This document shows, in pieces, positions 20,410-34,066 of a DNA stretch of 64,000 nt (the stretch's first letter is position 1; each line of letters starts with the position of its first letter). This stretch comes from Stegostoma tigrinum (taxonomy: Eukaryota): NCBI RefSeq assembly GCF_030684315.1, contig NC_081400.1, forward strand, positions 8,375,464 through 8,439,463. The letters are read 5' to 3'. Position numbers and translations under genes: made by a program. The notes under the pieces are model-generated. The model saw nothing but the letters and a program-made list of their open reading frames with translations. It was not told the DNA's origin and searched no databases.

Positions 20410-23060
20410 ATAGACAATAGGCAATAGGTGCTGGAGTAGGCCATTTGGCCCTTCGAGACAGCACCACCATTCATTATGATCATGGCTGATCATCCACAAT
20501 CAGTATCCTGTTCCTGCCATATCCCCATAATCCTTGATTCCACTATTTTTAAGAGCTCTGTCCATCTCTTTCTTGAAAGCATCCAGAGTGTTGGCCTTCA
20601 CTGCCTTCTGGGGCAGAGCGTTCCATACATCCACCACTCTCTGGGTGAAGAAGTTTTCCCTCAACTCTGTTCTAAATGGCCTACCCCTTATTTTTAAACT
20701 GTGTCCTCTGTTCCTGGAATCACCCATCAGTGGAAACATGCTTCCTGCCTCCACAGTGTCCAATCCCTTAATAATCTTATATTGTCTCAAACAGATCCCC
20801 TCTCATCCTTCTAAACTCAAGAGTATGCAAACCTAGTTGCTCCAATCTTTCAACGTATGATAGTCCCGCTATTCCGGGAATTGACCTTGTGAACCTATGC
20901 TGCACTTCCTCAACAGCATGAATGTCCTTCCTCGAATTGGGAGACCAAAACTGCACACAGCTCTCCAGATGCGGTCTCACTAGGGTCCTGTACAGCTGCA
21001 GAAGGACCTCTTTGCTCATATACTCAATTCCTCTTGTGATGAAGGCCAGTATGCCAATAGCTTTCTTCACTGCCTGCTGTACCTGCATGCTTGCGTTCAT
21101 TGACTGATGTGCAACAACACCTAGATCTCGTTGTACTTCTCCTTTACCTAACTTGACTCCATTGAGATCATAATCTGCCTTCCTGTTCTTGTCACCAAAG
21201 TGTATAACCACACATTTATCCACATTAAGCTGCATCTGCCATGCATCTGTCCACTCACCTAGCGTGTCCAAGTCACCCTGTATTCTAATAACATCCTCCT
21301 CACATTTCACACTGCCACCCAACTTTGTGTCATCAGCAAATTTTCTAATATTACTTCTAATGCCTTCGTCTATATCACTAATATGTATTGTAAACAGCTG
21401 CGATCCCAGCACTGAACCTTGTGGTACCCCACTGGTAACTGCCTGCTATTCCAAAAGGGACCCATTTATCACTACTCTTTGCTTCCTGTCAGCCAGCCAA
21501 TTTTCAATCCAACTCAGTATTTTGCCCCCAATACCATGTTCCCTAATTTTGTTCACCAATCTCCTATGCGGGACTTTATCAAAGGCTTTCTGAAAGTCCA
21601 GGTACTCTACATCCACTGGCTCCCCCTTATCCATCTTCACAGGTACATCCTCAAAAAATTCCAGAAGATTAGTCATGCACGATTTCCCCTTCGTAAATCC
21701 ATGCTGACTCTGACCTATTCTGTTACTGCTATCCAAATGAGTCGTAATTTCATCTTTTATAATTGACTCCAGTATCTTTCCCACCACTGACGTCAGGCTA
21801 ACCGGTCTGTAATTTCCTGTTTTCTTTCTCCCTCCTTGCTTGAAAAGTGGGACAACATTTGCCACCCTCCAATCCGGAGAAACTGATCCTGAATCTATGG
21901 AACCTTGGAAAATAATTACCAACGCGTCCACAATTTCTAGAGCCACCTCCTTTAGTACCCTGGGATGCAGACCATCAAGTCCAGGGGACTTATCAGCCTT
22001 CAGACCAAACAGTCTATCCAACACCATTTCCTGCCTAATATAAATACCCTTCAGTTCGTACATTACCCTCGGTCCTTCAGCCACTGCTGCATCTGGGAGA
22101 TTGCTTGTGTCTTCCCTCGTGAAGACAGATCCAAAGTATCTATTCAACTCATCTGCCATTTCCTTGTTCCCCATAATAAATTCACCTGTTTCTGACTTCA
22201 AGGGCCCAATTTTAGTTGTAACCATTTTTTTTTCTTTTCACATACCTAAAAAAGCTTTTACTATCCTCCTTTGTATTTTTGGCCAGTTTTCCTTCATAGC
22301 TCATTTTTTCTCTGTGTATTGCCTTTTTAGTTATCAGCTGTTGCTATTTAAAAGCTTCCCAGTCCTCCGGCTTCCCGCTCATCTTTATGTTATACTTCTT
22401 CTCTTTTATCTTCTCCAGTACTTAATTTCCCTCGTCAGCCACGGCTGCCCCCCAACACCCCTTAGGATCTTTCTTCCTCTTTGGTATGAACTGATCCTGC
22501 ACCTTCTGCGTTATATCCAGAAATACCTGCCACTGTTGTTCCACTGTCATCCCTGTTAGGGTATTGTACCACTGAACTTTGGCCAGCTCCTCCCTCATAG
22601 CTCCATAGTTCCCTTTATTCAACTGCAATACTGACACTTCCGATTCTCCCTTCTCCCTCTCAAACTGCAGATTAAAACTTATCATATGATGGTCACTACC
22701 TCCTAATGCCTCCTTTACTTTGAGGTCCCTGATCAAATCCGGTTCATTGCACAACACCAGATCCAGAATTGCCTCCTCCCTGGTTGGCTCCAGTACAAGA
22801 ATCCATCTCGGAGGCACTCTACAAACTCCCTTCCTTGAGGTCCAGTACCGCCCCGATTCTACCAGTCTACCCGTATGTTGAGATCTCCCATAACAACTGT
22901 AGTGATACCTTTGTGACAGGCCAATGTCAACTCTTGATTCAACCTGCACCCAACCTCCTGACTACTGTTTGGGGGCCTGTAGATAACTCCCATTAGGGTC
23001 TTTCTAACCTTAGAATTTCTCAACTATATCCATACTGACTCTACATCTCCTGGCTCCATG
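20410..23060 (-). mobile_element. CR1 LINE ORF2, relatively young, 5'-truncated and frameshifted
   Basis: EPTREEAILDLVL, KSPGLDGLHPRVLKE, NYRPVSLTSVVGKILE, YLDFQKAFDKVPH, KFADDTKLGG, LYRTLVRPHLE, FFTQRVVDVWNALP. Confidence 0.95.
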
Positions 23061-23099
23061 ACCCCTGATCTCATTGTACGTCATAAAGATAGTTGACCA

Positions 23100-26000
23100 C
23101 AGGTTATAAAGGAAACCGTCGAGGGGAAATCAAAGTCAAAACGTTCAGGTGTTTTCATGGCAATGAAGTCGGCAACATATAGTCGTCAGTTTGGCAGATG
23201 AGAAGTTTTGGGAAGACGGACTTGGGAAAAGAGGATAATCCAGTGAATTTTGGTGAAGTGGAAAGGAAATCACAGTGGAAAGTATTTAACAGCACCAGAA
23301 TGTACAATCTGGTCAAAGGTTTTTTGAGAACTAAGTGGTAGATCTCCACAAACATTTACTTATGAAGGTAAGGCTTGCTCATATAAGCCAGCAAGCGCAG
23401 GTTAAGAAATTGCAATTTTACGAGATAAGGGAGTATGTCAATGCTTGATGTTGAGAGATCAGGAAATATATAATTTAAAAGGACTATTGCCAGAAAGCAT
23501 TGCTAATTCCATGGTGAGTCAAGCAGCGAGTCATCACATAAATTGAGGTTGGAGTGTCTAGTGATAAGTGGGAAAGTAGCAGCAGACGTAACAGTAGGAG
23601 TATTGGAAGTGCTGTCAGCTCCAGGAATACAATTTGCACTTGGTAACGATATAACTGGATCACAGGTGGGAGTGCTGCCTACTGTGATTGAAAACTTAGA
23701 GGAAAATCAGGCAACTGAGGTACTACAGGAATTACATATTGAGACTTTTCCTGACTGCATGGTGACAAGATCTCAAAGCCACAGGCTGAAGGGGGAGGAG
23801 AAACCAAAGAATAAAGTTAAGGAAGTCAAAGAAGAACCATCCGCGACCATGTTTGATGAAATGGTTGAGAAAGAAAAACAAAAACCTCTGGGGGACCAAG
23901 TCAATATTTTTAGTTTAGAGAATGTAAACAAATTACAACAGAACAATGAAAAGCTGAAGCAGTTGCATTAAAAAGCAACACAGAAGAAGAATCTGAGTGT
24001 AACCCAAAACGTTACTATCTGAAAAATGATGTTTCAATGGGGAAATGGAGACATATTCAGGTGATGGAGAAATGGGCAGACATTCATCAGGTTTGATGAG
24101 AGGAAGGGTTATCATGGCTTGCACATGAATTACCCAAATAAAATTATTTGGGAGTGAGCAATATTTTTAGCTACCTGAAAACATAAGGATGCATTTGAAT
24201 TTTGCCAGATGTGTCATACGTTTCAGTCAATTGAAAACCTCAGGCAGTGATAAAACGAACATCTCTAATGCCCATTCATGCATTTGAGGATCATTTCCAA
24301 AGGTCTTAATTGATTACGTGTGACTCATACATAAAACATAAATTTGGTGTTCGGTGTTTCTTGATCATAATCAATGTGCACACTGAATTTCCAGATGCTA
24401 TTCCATTGCACAAGATAATGATGGATAAGGATTACAGAAGAGTTTCTCAAATTTTCCGCCAAATGCAGGTTACCCACAGAGATACAATTGGATCATGGGT
24501 CACATTTTATGTAAAAAATACTCAAAAAAATTTTAGATAGCCTAAGAATAAAACAACTCAAAAACACTACTGACCATCTCGATTTGCAGGAAACATCAGA
24601 GCGGCAGCATCAAACTTTAAAGATCATGTTGCAGTGTAACAGTTAAGACTTTTCAGAGGATATAGGCAAAGGAATTCATTTTGAAATAAAGGATGTACCA
24701 AAGGAATCTATCAAATTCAGCCATTTGAAATTTGTTTTGGCATGAGGTAAGATGAACACTAATTAATTAAGGATAAATTAGTGAGTCAGAGCTCATAGAC
24801 TGCATTTTCGAACGTGTGTCAAATGTAAGGAAAAAGATTAAATTGAACAGGTGAGTGCGTGAGACAGCATTTAAAAGTAGCACAGCATGTGATGAAACAA
24901 GAAGCAGGCAAGAAATCAAAAGTTCGCAGCTTTTTGAGTGGACTTAATGTGTTGGACTTATTTCCAGTGAACCTCTAAAAGCAATAAAACATCACAGAGT
25001 GTGTCATGTAAATATACTGAGATGGCATTTTATTCGGGAAAGAATGCAAAAGGAAGTGTGTTATTTGTTGCAACATAGAGTGTCAATGCTGCCACGTTAA
25101 GAAGTAATGTGTCTTGTTTAAAGAGATATTGTAAGGTAGAGGTGACAAGCTGGTCTAAGAAAGTCAAATATTTGGGAGGCCTTGTTTTCATCGCCAATAT
25201 GGTGACTTCTAAGCATTTGGGGCGTCTGTTGGAATTGTGTGATCAACTTTGGAAAGCAGGCCAGGCAAGATCAACCTGGTTAAGAGTAATTTCACAAAAC
25301 GCAAAGTCACGTTGCGAGGACATGTTATTGGGCCTGGGCAGATGGCCACACAGAATGTAGAAACAAAATTTTCTGGGGAGTTTTCCATACCATCATCGAA
25401 GATGGACGAACTAAAATTCCTGAGATTGCATGGGATTTATCAGATGTTCATGTGATAATTGAGTAGTGTGGTCAGCCCATTGACAAATTTACTGAAGAAG
25501 TGCGGAATATTTCAGTGGGCAGTCGACTGGCAGAAGGCATTTGACAGCCTGAAAGCTGTGTTAACCAGTGCCCTAGTGTTATCCAAATCTAATTGTGCAA
25601 AGCCTTTCGGGGTCGCTATCTATGCGAGTGATATAGGTGTTGATGCTGTGCTCTTACTAGAAGACGATGAGAAGATAGAAAGACATTTTGGGTATTTTTC
25701 CAGAAAAATGAATACACAACAGAAATATTCCATGATAGAGAATGAAACCTTGAGCCTGATATTGTGTAACATCATTTCAACATTGACATTGCCAGTAATT
25801 TGCCTGAGACAATTATACATACTGATCATAATCCACTAAAGCTTTGGAGAAATTTAAGGGCAAAAATTCCACACTGTTTTGATGCTGCTTATTATTGCAG
25901 TTATTGCAATTTGAACATTATATACATGGCAGTACGAGCAAACATAATTGACAGTGGATTGTCAAGAATTTGATGAAGTGGAGGCAAGAAAAATGGGAGT

Positions 26001-26780
26001 AACTTGATTGACACAGACTGTAGCAGTGAATATTCGAATGCTGAGAGTCAGTGTAATTTAAGAAGTATTGTAGTGTACTAATAGAATTAGACCAATGATT
26101 TTGAAAAAATAAAGCCAAATTTGTATATTGATGTTTCACTCTTTTGTAAGGGGGCAAGTGTGGAGATATTGTGACTTCAGTTTTTTTTTGGAGGGATCGT
26201 AAATCAGAGGTGAGAACAGTCAACAAGAACTGAAAGAGTAAACAGTTTGGGAGGCCATCCATTAAAAAAACAGTCTGAGTGAGTGTGGTCAGCTCTCACA
26301 GATCCAGATTTCTGCTTTTTGTTTAGTTTACAGCAGTATGAGAAGAAATTTAGTTCTCAAAAGAGTTTGAAGCTTAAGTGCATGTCTCCTCGGTGCTTAC
26401 ATCTCTGTATTTCCTCTTGATTTGTTTTCCCCCTGGTTTGAAGAACTGCATGGGAAAACCCATGCCTGAATTTGCCTTTTTGACAGAGGGTGTGTTTATG
26501 GGATGTTACTCGATTGAAACAGTTAATTAGTAATAATTGCTGTATCTCTTCTTCGATTAAGTGTTCCAATAGATAATTTGTTACAAGCCCCTCGTTATTT
26601 TGTTTGCATTTTAACGAGTGTTTGAATAAAATGTGTTTTGCACAACTTTGATTAGTTTGATCAGTCACAGCACATATGGAACATGACACTCGGCATCTTC
26701 ATGTGAAATAAGAACATGTCAATGTTCAGGCTATGTTTTTAAACCATCTTGAGGGAGGCCTGTCTGATCCATAACACATG
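23100..26780 (+). mobile_element. Degraded Gypsy LTR retrotransposon, apparent PR-IN-RT-RH (Gmr1-like) order, probable 3' LTR ~26160-26775
   Basis: Protease-end IQFALGNDITG (23543 ORF), integrase-like FLIIINVHTEFPDAIPL (24310 ORF), RT/RNase H FQWAVDWQKAFDSLK...ASDIGVDAVLL...GYFSRKM (25459 ORF). Confidence 0.75.
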
Positions 26781-27610
26781 TCAGCAATTTGCCAACCATT
26801 CTGTAGGATTCTTCCTTTAGTGGTTTTCTTTTCTAATGTTAGAATTCATTAAATGCCATAACACATGGAAGTGCATGGTAAAATAGGGCAATGTCAGCCC
26901 ATCTTCATCAAGGGGAGGTCATGCCCGACAAGTCTGTTCAAACTCTTTGAGGAAATAATGAGCAAGTCAGACCAGGGAGAGTTAATAGATGTCATCTATC
27001 TGGGCTTCAAGAAGGGCTTTGACATGGCGCCACACAGGAGTCTGCTGAGTAAGGACCCATGGGGCTAGAGGCAAGGCATTAGAATGGATAGAAATTTGGC
27101 TGACTGGCGGAATGCAGAGAGTGGGGTTAAAAAGAATCCTGCTCAGGATGGCAGCCAGTGACATGTCGTGTTCCACCAAGCTGCACCACGCTTTTCACTT
27201 CATATATTAATGATCTAGATAAAGGAACTGAGTTCATTCTGGCTACATTTGCAGGAGATACAAATACATGTAACGGAACAGGCAGTATTGACGAGATCAG
27301 GAGGCTTAAGTAGGATTAAGAGAGTGGTCAAATAAGTGGCAGATGGAGTACCACATAGGAAAGCATGAGGTCATACACTTTCATAAGAATAGAGGGATGG
27401 CCTATTTTCTAAACGGGGAGAAAATTCACAAGTCTGAAATGAAAAGCGACTTGGGAGTTCATGTCCAGGATTTTCTCAGAGTTAACTTACCGGTTGAGCC
27501 AGTAGTTGGGAAGACAAATGCAACTTTGGCATTTATTTTGCGAGGGCTTGAATATAAAAGGGATGTACTTCTGAGGCTCGACAAGGCTCTGGTCAGGCCA
27601 CATTTGGAGG
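26780..27610 (+). mobile_element. Degraded CR1 LINE RT fragment
   Basis: KGRSCPTSLFKLFEE, DVIYLGFKKGFDMAPH, LDKALVRPHLE. Confidence 0.8.
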
Positions 27611-27760
27611 TTTTTTTTTACATTGTACATGTGAATTGTACGTGTTGACTGAATGAGAGATGGTGTTTCTGTGCAACTCTGACTGAGAGAGACTGTGTTA
27701 GTGCACAAGAGAGTATGTGTATGTTTGTGGGAAACAATGTTGTATTGTATGGAGTGAAAG

Positions 27761-27763
<3 letters not shown>

Positions 27764-27801
<38 letters not shown>
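27764..27801. repeat. (GT)n microsatellite
   Basis: Directly visible. Confidence 0.95.
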
Positions 27802-27804
<3 letters not shown>

Positions 27805-29417
27805 CTACTGCAAGTGACAAGGCAGTCACAAATCCAGTTCCTCCCAAAAATACCTACTTCCAAATTAGGCTGCGGGAAGAGGATTGTTCAATCAATTTGC
27901 TTGAAATCCCAACGTTGAATGAATTCTGCATATTCCACATCAAAATTATTCAACACCAGCCATGAAAACAACATCAGTTGTGGAAAAGAGATAAGCAATC
28001 CCCTTGTGACTGTCAACAATCTGTCTTTATTTCGTGTTTATTGTTATGCAAAACAATTATTGTTCTTAACTTCTGTTCTCTGTTTTGCCTTGTTACGTAC
28101 AATGTCCTGAAAACAGGAACCTTATGATTATGGCGCTGTTTGCTGGGAGAATCGTTTCCACTTTTTCTTTCTTATTCACACATCGCCCTTTCAAAGGTAA
28201 AGTGATTTTAAATTGTGTTGTGAAATGTATTGCGATTTGGCAAAAAATAAAGTTTGCACAGCCCTAACAGGCAAAGATGAAAGATTCTTGTGATTTAAAC
28301 TGAGGATCGCAATTCCTCAGGTTTGAGAAAGTGTTGAGAAGGGAAACCTTCATGGGGTCCCCAGCCCGCGTGGGGTTAACCGCCCTCTGTTGGCATTATT
28401 GTGAATTGCAAAGCAGCCGTCCAGCCCCTCACCGAAATGAGTTTACAACATTCGAAAGCGGCTCAGTAAGGCAATGTCGAGAGCGGTGTATGCAGCTTAA
28501 ATTGTTGGCCAAATGAAGACTGTTAGTGCCTTAACTTTTTTGCCAAATCGAATCATGGAAAGAACTCTGGGAATGCAAAATTGTCCTTTGACAATATTGT
28601 CACTTGAATGGACTTACCTTCCTGTTGAGCTGAAAGCAAGAAACAAGGTATAACTGAAACATGCACAATTCTGAAGAAGCTAATCATTGGTATGCTAGGA
28701 GGATATTTTCCCAGATGGGGAATCTCAGAACAATAAAACATCAAAAACTGAGATCAGGGCCTATATCTTGGCTTGGCTTTTGAGGACAAATGGTATTCTG
28801 CACGTCAGAAGTTGGGATCTTAGCCAATCAATTATATGTTAAAGGTCATTTAGTTATCTGTACAGAGCGAATTGTTAAAATTTTGGTCATGTCTTTGTTT
28901 GAACTATCTCAATAAATAGCATATCTATTCCTATTCTTCAGTAATACATTCTTCTTGTAATTGTAAAAGGGGTCAGGCAAAAGTGAGGTTTGAAAATTAG
29001 CATGAGAACGTTAAACGCTAGATATTGTGAAATAAACTGTTTAAAAAAATTCAAGAACAGCTTCTTCCGGCAGTTGTAACACTTATGAATGGACTTCTCA
29101 TATTTTAAATTTGATCATTCTCTGAACTTTCCCTGTAGCTGCAACGCTAAAGTCTGCATTCTGTGCTCATACCCTGATGTAATTGTGTCGGTGTGACTTA
29201 TCTGGGACAAAACAAATGTCTCCGGTGTGCAAAAATAAATGTATCCTTGCACCCTGTTTCTCGTAAAGACACCATTACATTCTCTCAGCTCTTCTCTCTC
29301 CATCCCCTTTGTTCCGATGAGGCTGACATTGACAAGGGAACCAACGAAACATTTCCTGTTCATGTATTTGTCCAAATGTCGTTAATGTGCGCACCTCAAC
29401 TCGAGATCAATAATAGA

Positions 29418-29682
29418 ATACCGTCAGGATGGAAACAGGCCCTGTGGCCCAACAAGTCCACACTGACCCTCAGACTTTCCCACCCAAACCCATCCCCAGA
29501 CATTATGGGTAATTTAGCATGGCCAATACACCTTGCCTGCACATCTTTGGATTGTGGGAGAAAACCCATGTAGACACGGGAAGGATGTGCAAACTTCACA
29601 CAGACAGTTGCCCAAGCGTGGAATCGAACCTGGGTCGCTGGTGTTCTGAGGCAACAATGCTAACCACTGAGCCACTGTGCCA
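29418..29682 (-). mobile_element. tRNA-derived SINE (HE1/V-SINE-like)
   Basis: Reverse complement reads GGCACAGTGGCTCAGTGGTTAGC ... GGTTCGATTCC ... TGTGTGAAGTTTGCACATCC. Confidence 0.85.
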
Positions 29683-29704
29683 CACCCACCCTACACCCAT
29701 CCGC

Positions 29705-30283
29705 TGACAGCACATTCCATATGCATACCATCCAAAAGTTCCCCCTCAGGTTCCCATGTATACTTTCCCCACTTACCTTAAACTGATTTTCTCTATTCTT
29801 CACTTCCCCAACCTTGGTATAAAGACTGAGTGTATTTCACCTTATCCATGCCTCTTATGATCTTAATCACTTCTCTCAGATCCCCATTATGTCTCTGACT
29901 CGCTAAAGAAAAATGCCCTAGCTTGTTGAACATCTCTCTATAATTCAGACCTTGAGTCCTGTCAAAATATTTGTAAATTTCTTCTGCATTCTTTCCAGTT
30001 TAATTGTATCCTTCCGATAGCAAGATGATGAAAACTGAACACAACACTCCAAGTGCGGTCATTGCAACTTCTGGTATAACTTATTCATAACTTCCCCACT
30101 TCTATACTCAACATTATGAGCGATAAAAGCCAGTGTGCCAAAAGCTTCCTTCACTGCCATATCTACTAGTGACTCCACCTTCAGAGAGCCATGCACCTGA
30201 ACTCCAAGTTCCCTCTGTTACACTGCACTCCTTAAGGCCCTACCATTTACCATAAAACTCCTACTTGGATTTGACTTTCCAAA
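29705..30283 (-). mobile_element. Degraded CR1 LINE 3' part, running into the gap
   Basis: FGKSNPSRSFMVNGRALRSAV; similar to the 3' portion of 46067-47833. Confidence 0.7.
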
Positions 30284-30416
30284 NNNNNNNNNNNNNNNNN
30301 NNNNNNNNNNNNNNNNNNNNNNNNNNNNNNNNNNNNNNNNNNNNNNNNNNNNNNNNNNNNNNNNNNNNNNNNNNNNNNNNNNNNNNNNNNNNNNNNNNNN
30401 NNNNNNNNNNNNNNNN
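30284..30416. other. Assembly gap (133 N)
   Basis: Directly visible. Confidence 1.
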
Positions 30417-32239
30417 CCAAGCTTGAGAAACAACAGGCAAACTGCAAAATAGTTAGTTGAATGACTTGTGGATACAACGCTGAATTCAGAGAAGAAACAA
30501 GATTACACAATCTGCCCTCATTCGGGCATTTCTTTTACTTTATTTTAACGGTTTTTGTTTCTAAAATTCTGGCCAGGGCTATTTGTTATGGTAGCATTTA
30601 AAATAACATTGGAGTAATACATTCTCTTTCAATATAACCATGCAACTCTTTTTATCTATTTGCCCATGTCATATTTATAATGTCACGTCCACTCCACCCA
30701 ACATCACAAACTAGATTTTGTTATTTCTCCAGCCAAGTAGCAAATTGTCTGCACTTCATGACATTTCTACGATGCAATAAGTTCTTATGAGCAATCGAGT
30801 TAGATTTTAAACATGGGCTTTGCAGTTTTAACGATGTTTAGGGACACACCAAGTATTTCTCACACTTCCTGAAATGCTGAATGATGTTGCATTACACGTC
30901 ACCTCTGCATTATCCAGGGTGTGGCAGAAGCACAACTGTCCCCTCTTCTCTCACTCTTTACTTCGTTGTCTTGTCTGTGAGTTTTGACATTACCGATCGA
31001 GTTCGTGGCAATGAAAGCCAATAATAATATCGAACAGTAGCAAGTCTGGGTAAGCTAGTTGTGGGACACAATGCATGATGGTGTCTTGGATCACAGCATG
31101 TACCCAAGCATTTCTTTTCAGAGTTGATTAAATATAATTAAGAGAAGGCTTGACAACAGCAATTTGCTAAAATATGAATGTATATTAAGTAAAAATAATG
31201 ATTACAATGGCAATTATAAATGATTGTAGTGGTAACAGTAAATAGAAAAGAAAAGAGGAAAAAAGAGTCTCATGCCATTCTAGACAAAGCAACAAGCCTC
31301 ATGTTCTTCTGTCTGTTCTTCTGTTGCCTCAATCAATCGCTGTTCTCGAGGCTCAGATTCATTCCTGGCACTGTTCACGATTCTGAGCTGAAGTGAAGTC
31401 ATGCAACTTGGAATGAGATTCTCTCTCTCTTTCTCTCTCTGACATAGTATGACAAACAGCCAGCACAAAGAAAGCAGATACAGAAGACCAAACACAGCGA
31501 CAGGAAAACAAGCTGCAACTGCCACCTTTGGCCGTCTCACAAACTTTGTTTTTTATGGTGTTGTGAGGTTCCTGCTCCACTACTATCTCAGACAGTACAT
31601 TTCAGATTCCCACTATCTTCTGGTGAAAGAAAATCTGAAACCTGGCCAAGAGCTAAATACTTCAGCTAAAAATTATGCCGCCAACAACTCGTGATGGGCA
31701 ATTCAACTAAAGAGAAAAGGTGCTCCTCCTCCATCCTGTCCATGGTCGTTGCAATCTTATGCACATTGATACGCTCCTCTCTCATCTTTCCCTGCTCCAC
31801 AGAAATCAACGCAGACTATCTATCCTCTCTTCAAAGCTAATTTGCTCCAACCCAGGCAACATTGTGCATGGAAAAGATCTGCAAAGGAAACGGCCCTTTA
31901 AGCTCCAGTGTCAGTGCTGACCATGATGCCATGAGGAACTAAGTCAAACTGAGTGTGCATTGCTCGTATCTCTGACTGTTCAGGCATCCGTGCAAATGCT
32001 GTGTTCCTAGACCTATCACCACTCTGGCAGTGCTTCCAGGCACTGAGCACCCTGTGTGTCTTGTGCATTTATTTAAACATTCCCATTTCTCAAATTAAAC
32101 CTACAGCCTCTAGTATTTATCATTTTGACACTGATAACAAGAATCTGGATATCCATAGAAGTTACATCAGCAACTTTAGCACTGATGTGAATAATGCATT
32201 GGATAGAATACAACATTCTCGAAGTCATATAAGTGATAA

Positions 32240-32462
32240 TCAGAACTGCAGATGCTGGAGAATTCCGGATAACAAAGTGTGGAGCTGGATGATCACAGCA
32301 GGCCAAGCAGCATCTCAGGAGCACAAAAGCTGACGTTTTGGGCCTAGACCCTAAATGAGAGACGCTCTCTGATGAAGGGTACAGGTCCGAAATGCCAGCT
32401 TTTGAGCTCCTGAGATGCTGCTTGGCCTGCTGTGTTCATCCAGCTCCACACTTTGCTATCTC
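32240..32462. mobile_element. Two Penelope-type terminal repeats in inverted orientation (hairpin-like mini element)
   Basis: ataacaaagtgtggagctggatg...gggcctagaccct (~32268-32352) is reverse complementary to ~32376-32459. Confidence 0.75.
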
Positions 32463-34066
32463 GAGTCATATATATTATTTTTAGCTGTTTAAGTCTCAGG
32501 GATGAAATGACAATGCAACACAATAGTAATCTAATAAAAATGATCTGGTTCAGTTGCAATTCATGCTAATTGACATGAAGTATTCTCTTTGTTGCACTTT
32601 CTTTAGTAAATGGCTCTACTTTCGCTGTGTGAATATTCAAACTATAGACAGAACAAGATGCATTTCACTTGCCCAGGTAAAACACGAGGCAGCATTGTTG
32701 AATAGGCACCATTAACCCATCCCCAATTACCCACACGGCAGTTGAGAGTCAAACAAATTTCTGTGGGTCTGTAGATACATGTAGACCAGCTTCCTTCCCG
32801 AGAGGACATTAGTAAACCGGGCCAGTTTTTTATTTCCCTGATAATCAACATGGTTATCATAATTCCAGATTTTTATTAGTTCTAATTCCACCATTTCCTC
32901 TGGGAGGATCTGAACCTAGCTCCTCGGGACGTTGTCTGGGTCCCTGGATTAACAATCCAGTGATACCACCACTGGACCATGTAGCTTACATTATAGTCGA
33001 GCACTGAATGCTGTCCTGTTATATATCCTTGTGTGTTGTATCTCTTTTAACTTCATTTTTATGGGATGCGGGTGTCACAGTATTGGCCAATTCACGTTGG
33101 CTGAGAGGGTGGTAGTGAGCCGGCCTCTTGACCTATTGCAGTTCACTTATGAAGCTTTATAGCTGTTTCAATACCCCTGAGGACTCTCTTGAAATAAAAT
33201 TCTCTACATCAACTTCAATGCACTGATATTTCTTCCAAATCCTATCCCAGCTCCTACTATTCCAACATATTACATATGTAGTCATTAAATACAAAATTGC
33301 CATCTTTTGGATAAATCTTGCCTTTCCCTCACTTTATTCCATTTTCACAGGCTCAAATCGCTCAGGAAATCTGATGAGGACAACAAGAATTTTCTGCATT
33401 GGTTCTTTTAAATTTCTGAGATCCTTTCACCTTTCTCCAGACTTATTTCCACTTTGGTAGCCAGGGCACCTGCATCCCTTTTCCACAGTATCGCCATTTC
33501 TTCCGCCCTCTCTGAGCATATAATTTTTCGGTCCTGTGTTCTGCTTCTGCCATTTTACACGTTCAGGTCATGTCATCCAGCACAAATTTGTTGATGTCCC
33601 TCCAGGATATCTAGGTCCTCATTTTGCAGTGATCTCTTCTGAATAGTGAGAAACTTGTTCCAATCGAAAACAGTGAACTATGAGTCTCTAAAATCCAACA
33701 TCATAAGAAACTGCAAATCATTTCCACCATTCCAACCCTCTCTCTGCTATCTCAGACCAAAAATATGTGCAAGTGTGGAAATTTACTTCCGCCTGTTCTC
33801 TGCATAAATTGCGTCTTAAATCTGAGTAGATCATAAAAAGAGGAATTTTACCAACACATTGTGGGAGAGTTCTTGGATTTAAGCACCAAGCCACTGCTGG
33901 TCACAGTTCACAATATTTCTGCAGTTTTAAGTGACAATGGTTACACACAAACATTGGTATAAAACAATGCTTTACTGCAAAAGCAGGATGCACCTTTTTG
34001 TGATGATGTGAGTTTTATTCCGAAGAGACATAGTGAAGGCAGAAGTGGAGACCCAGCCACTGAAAT

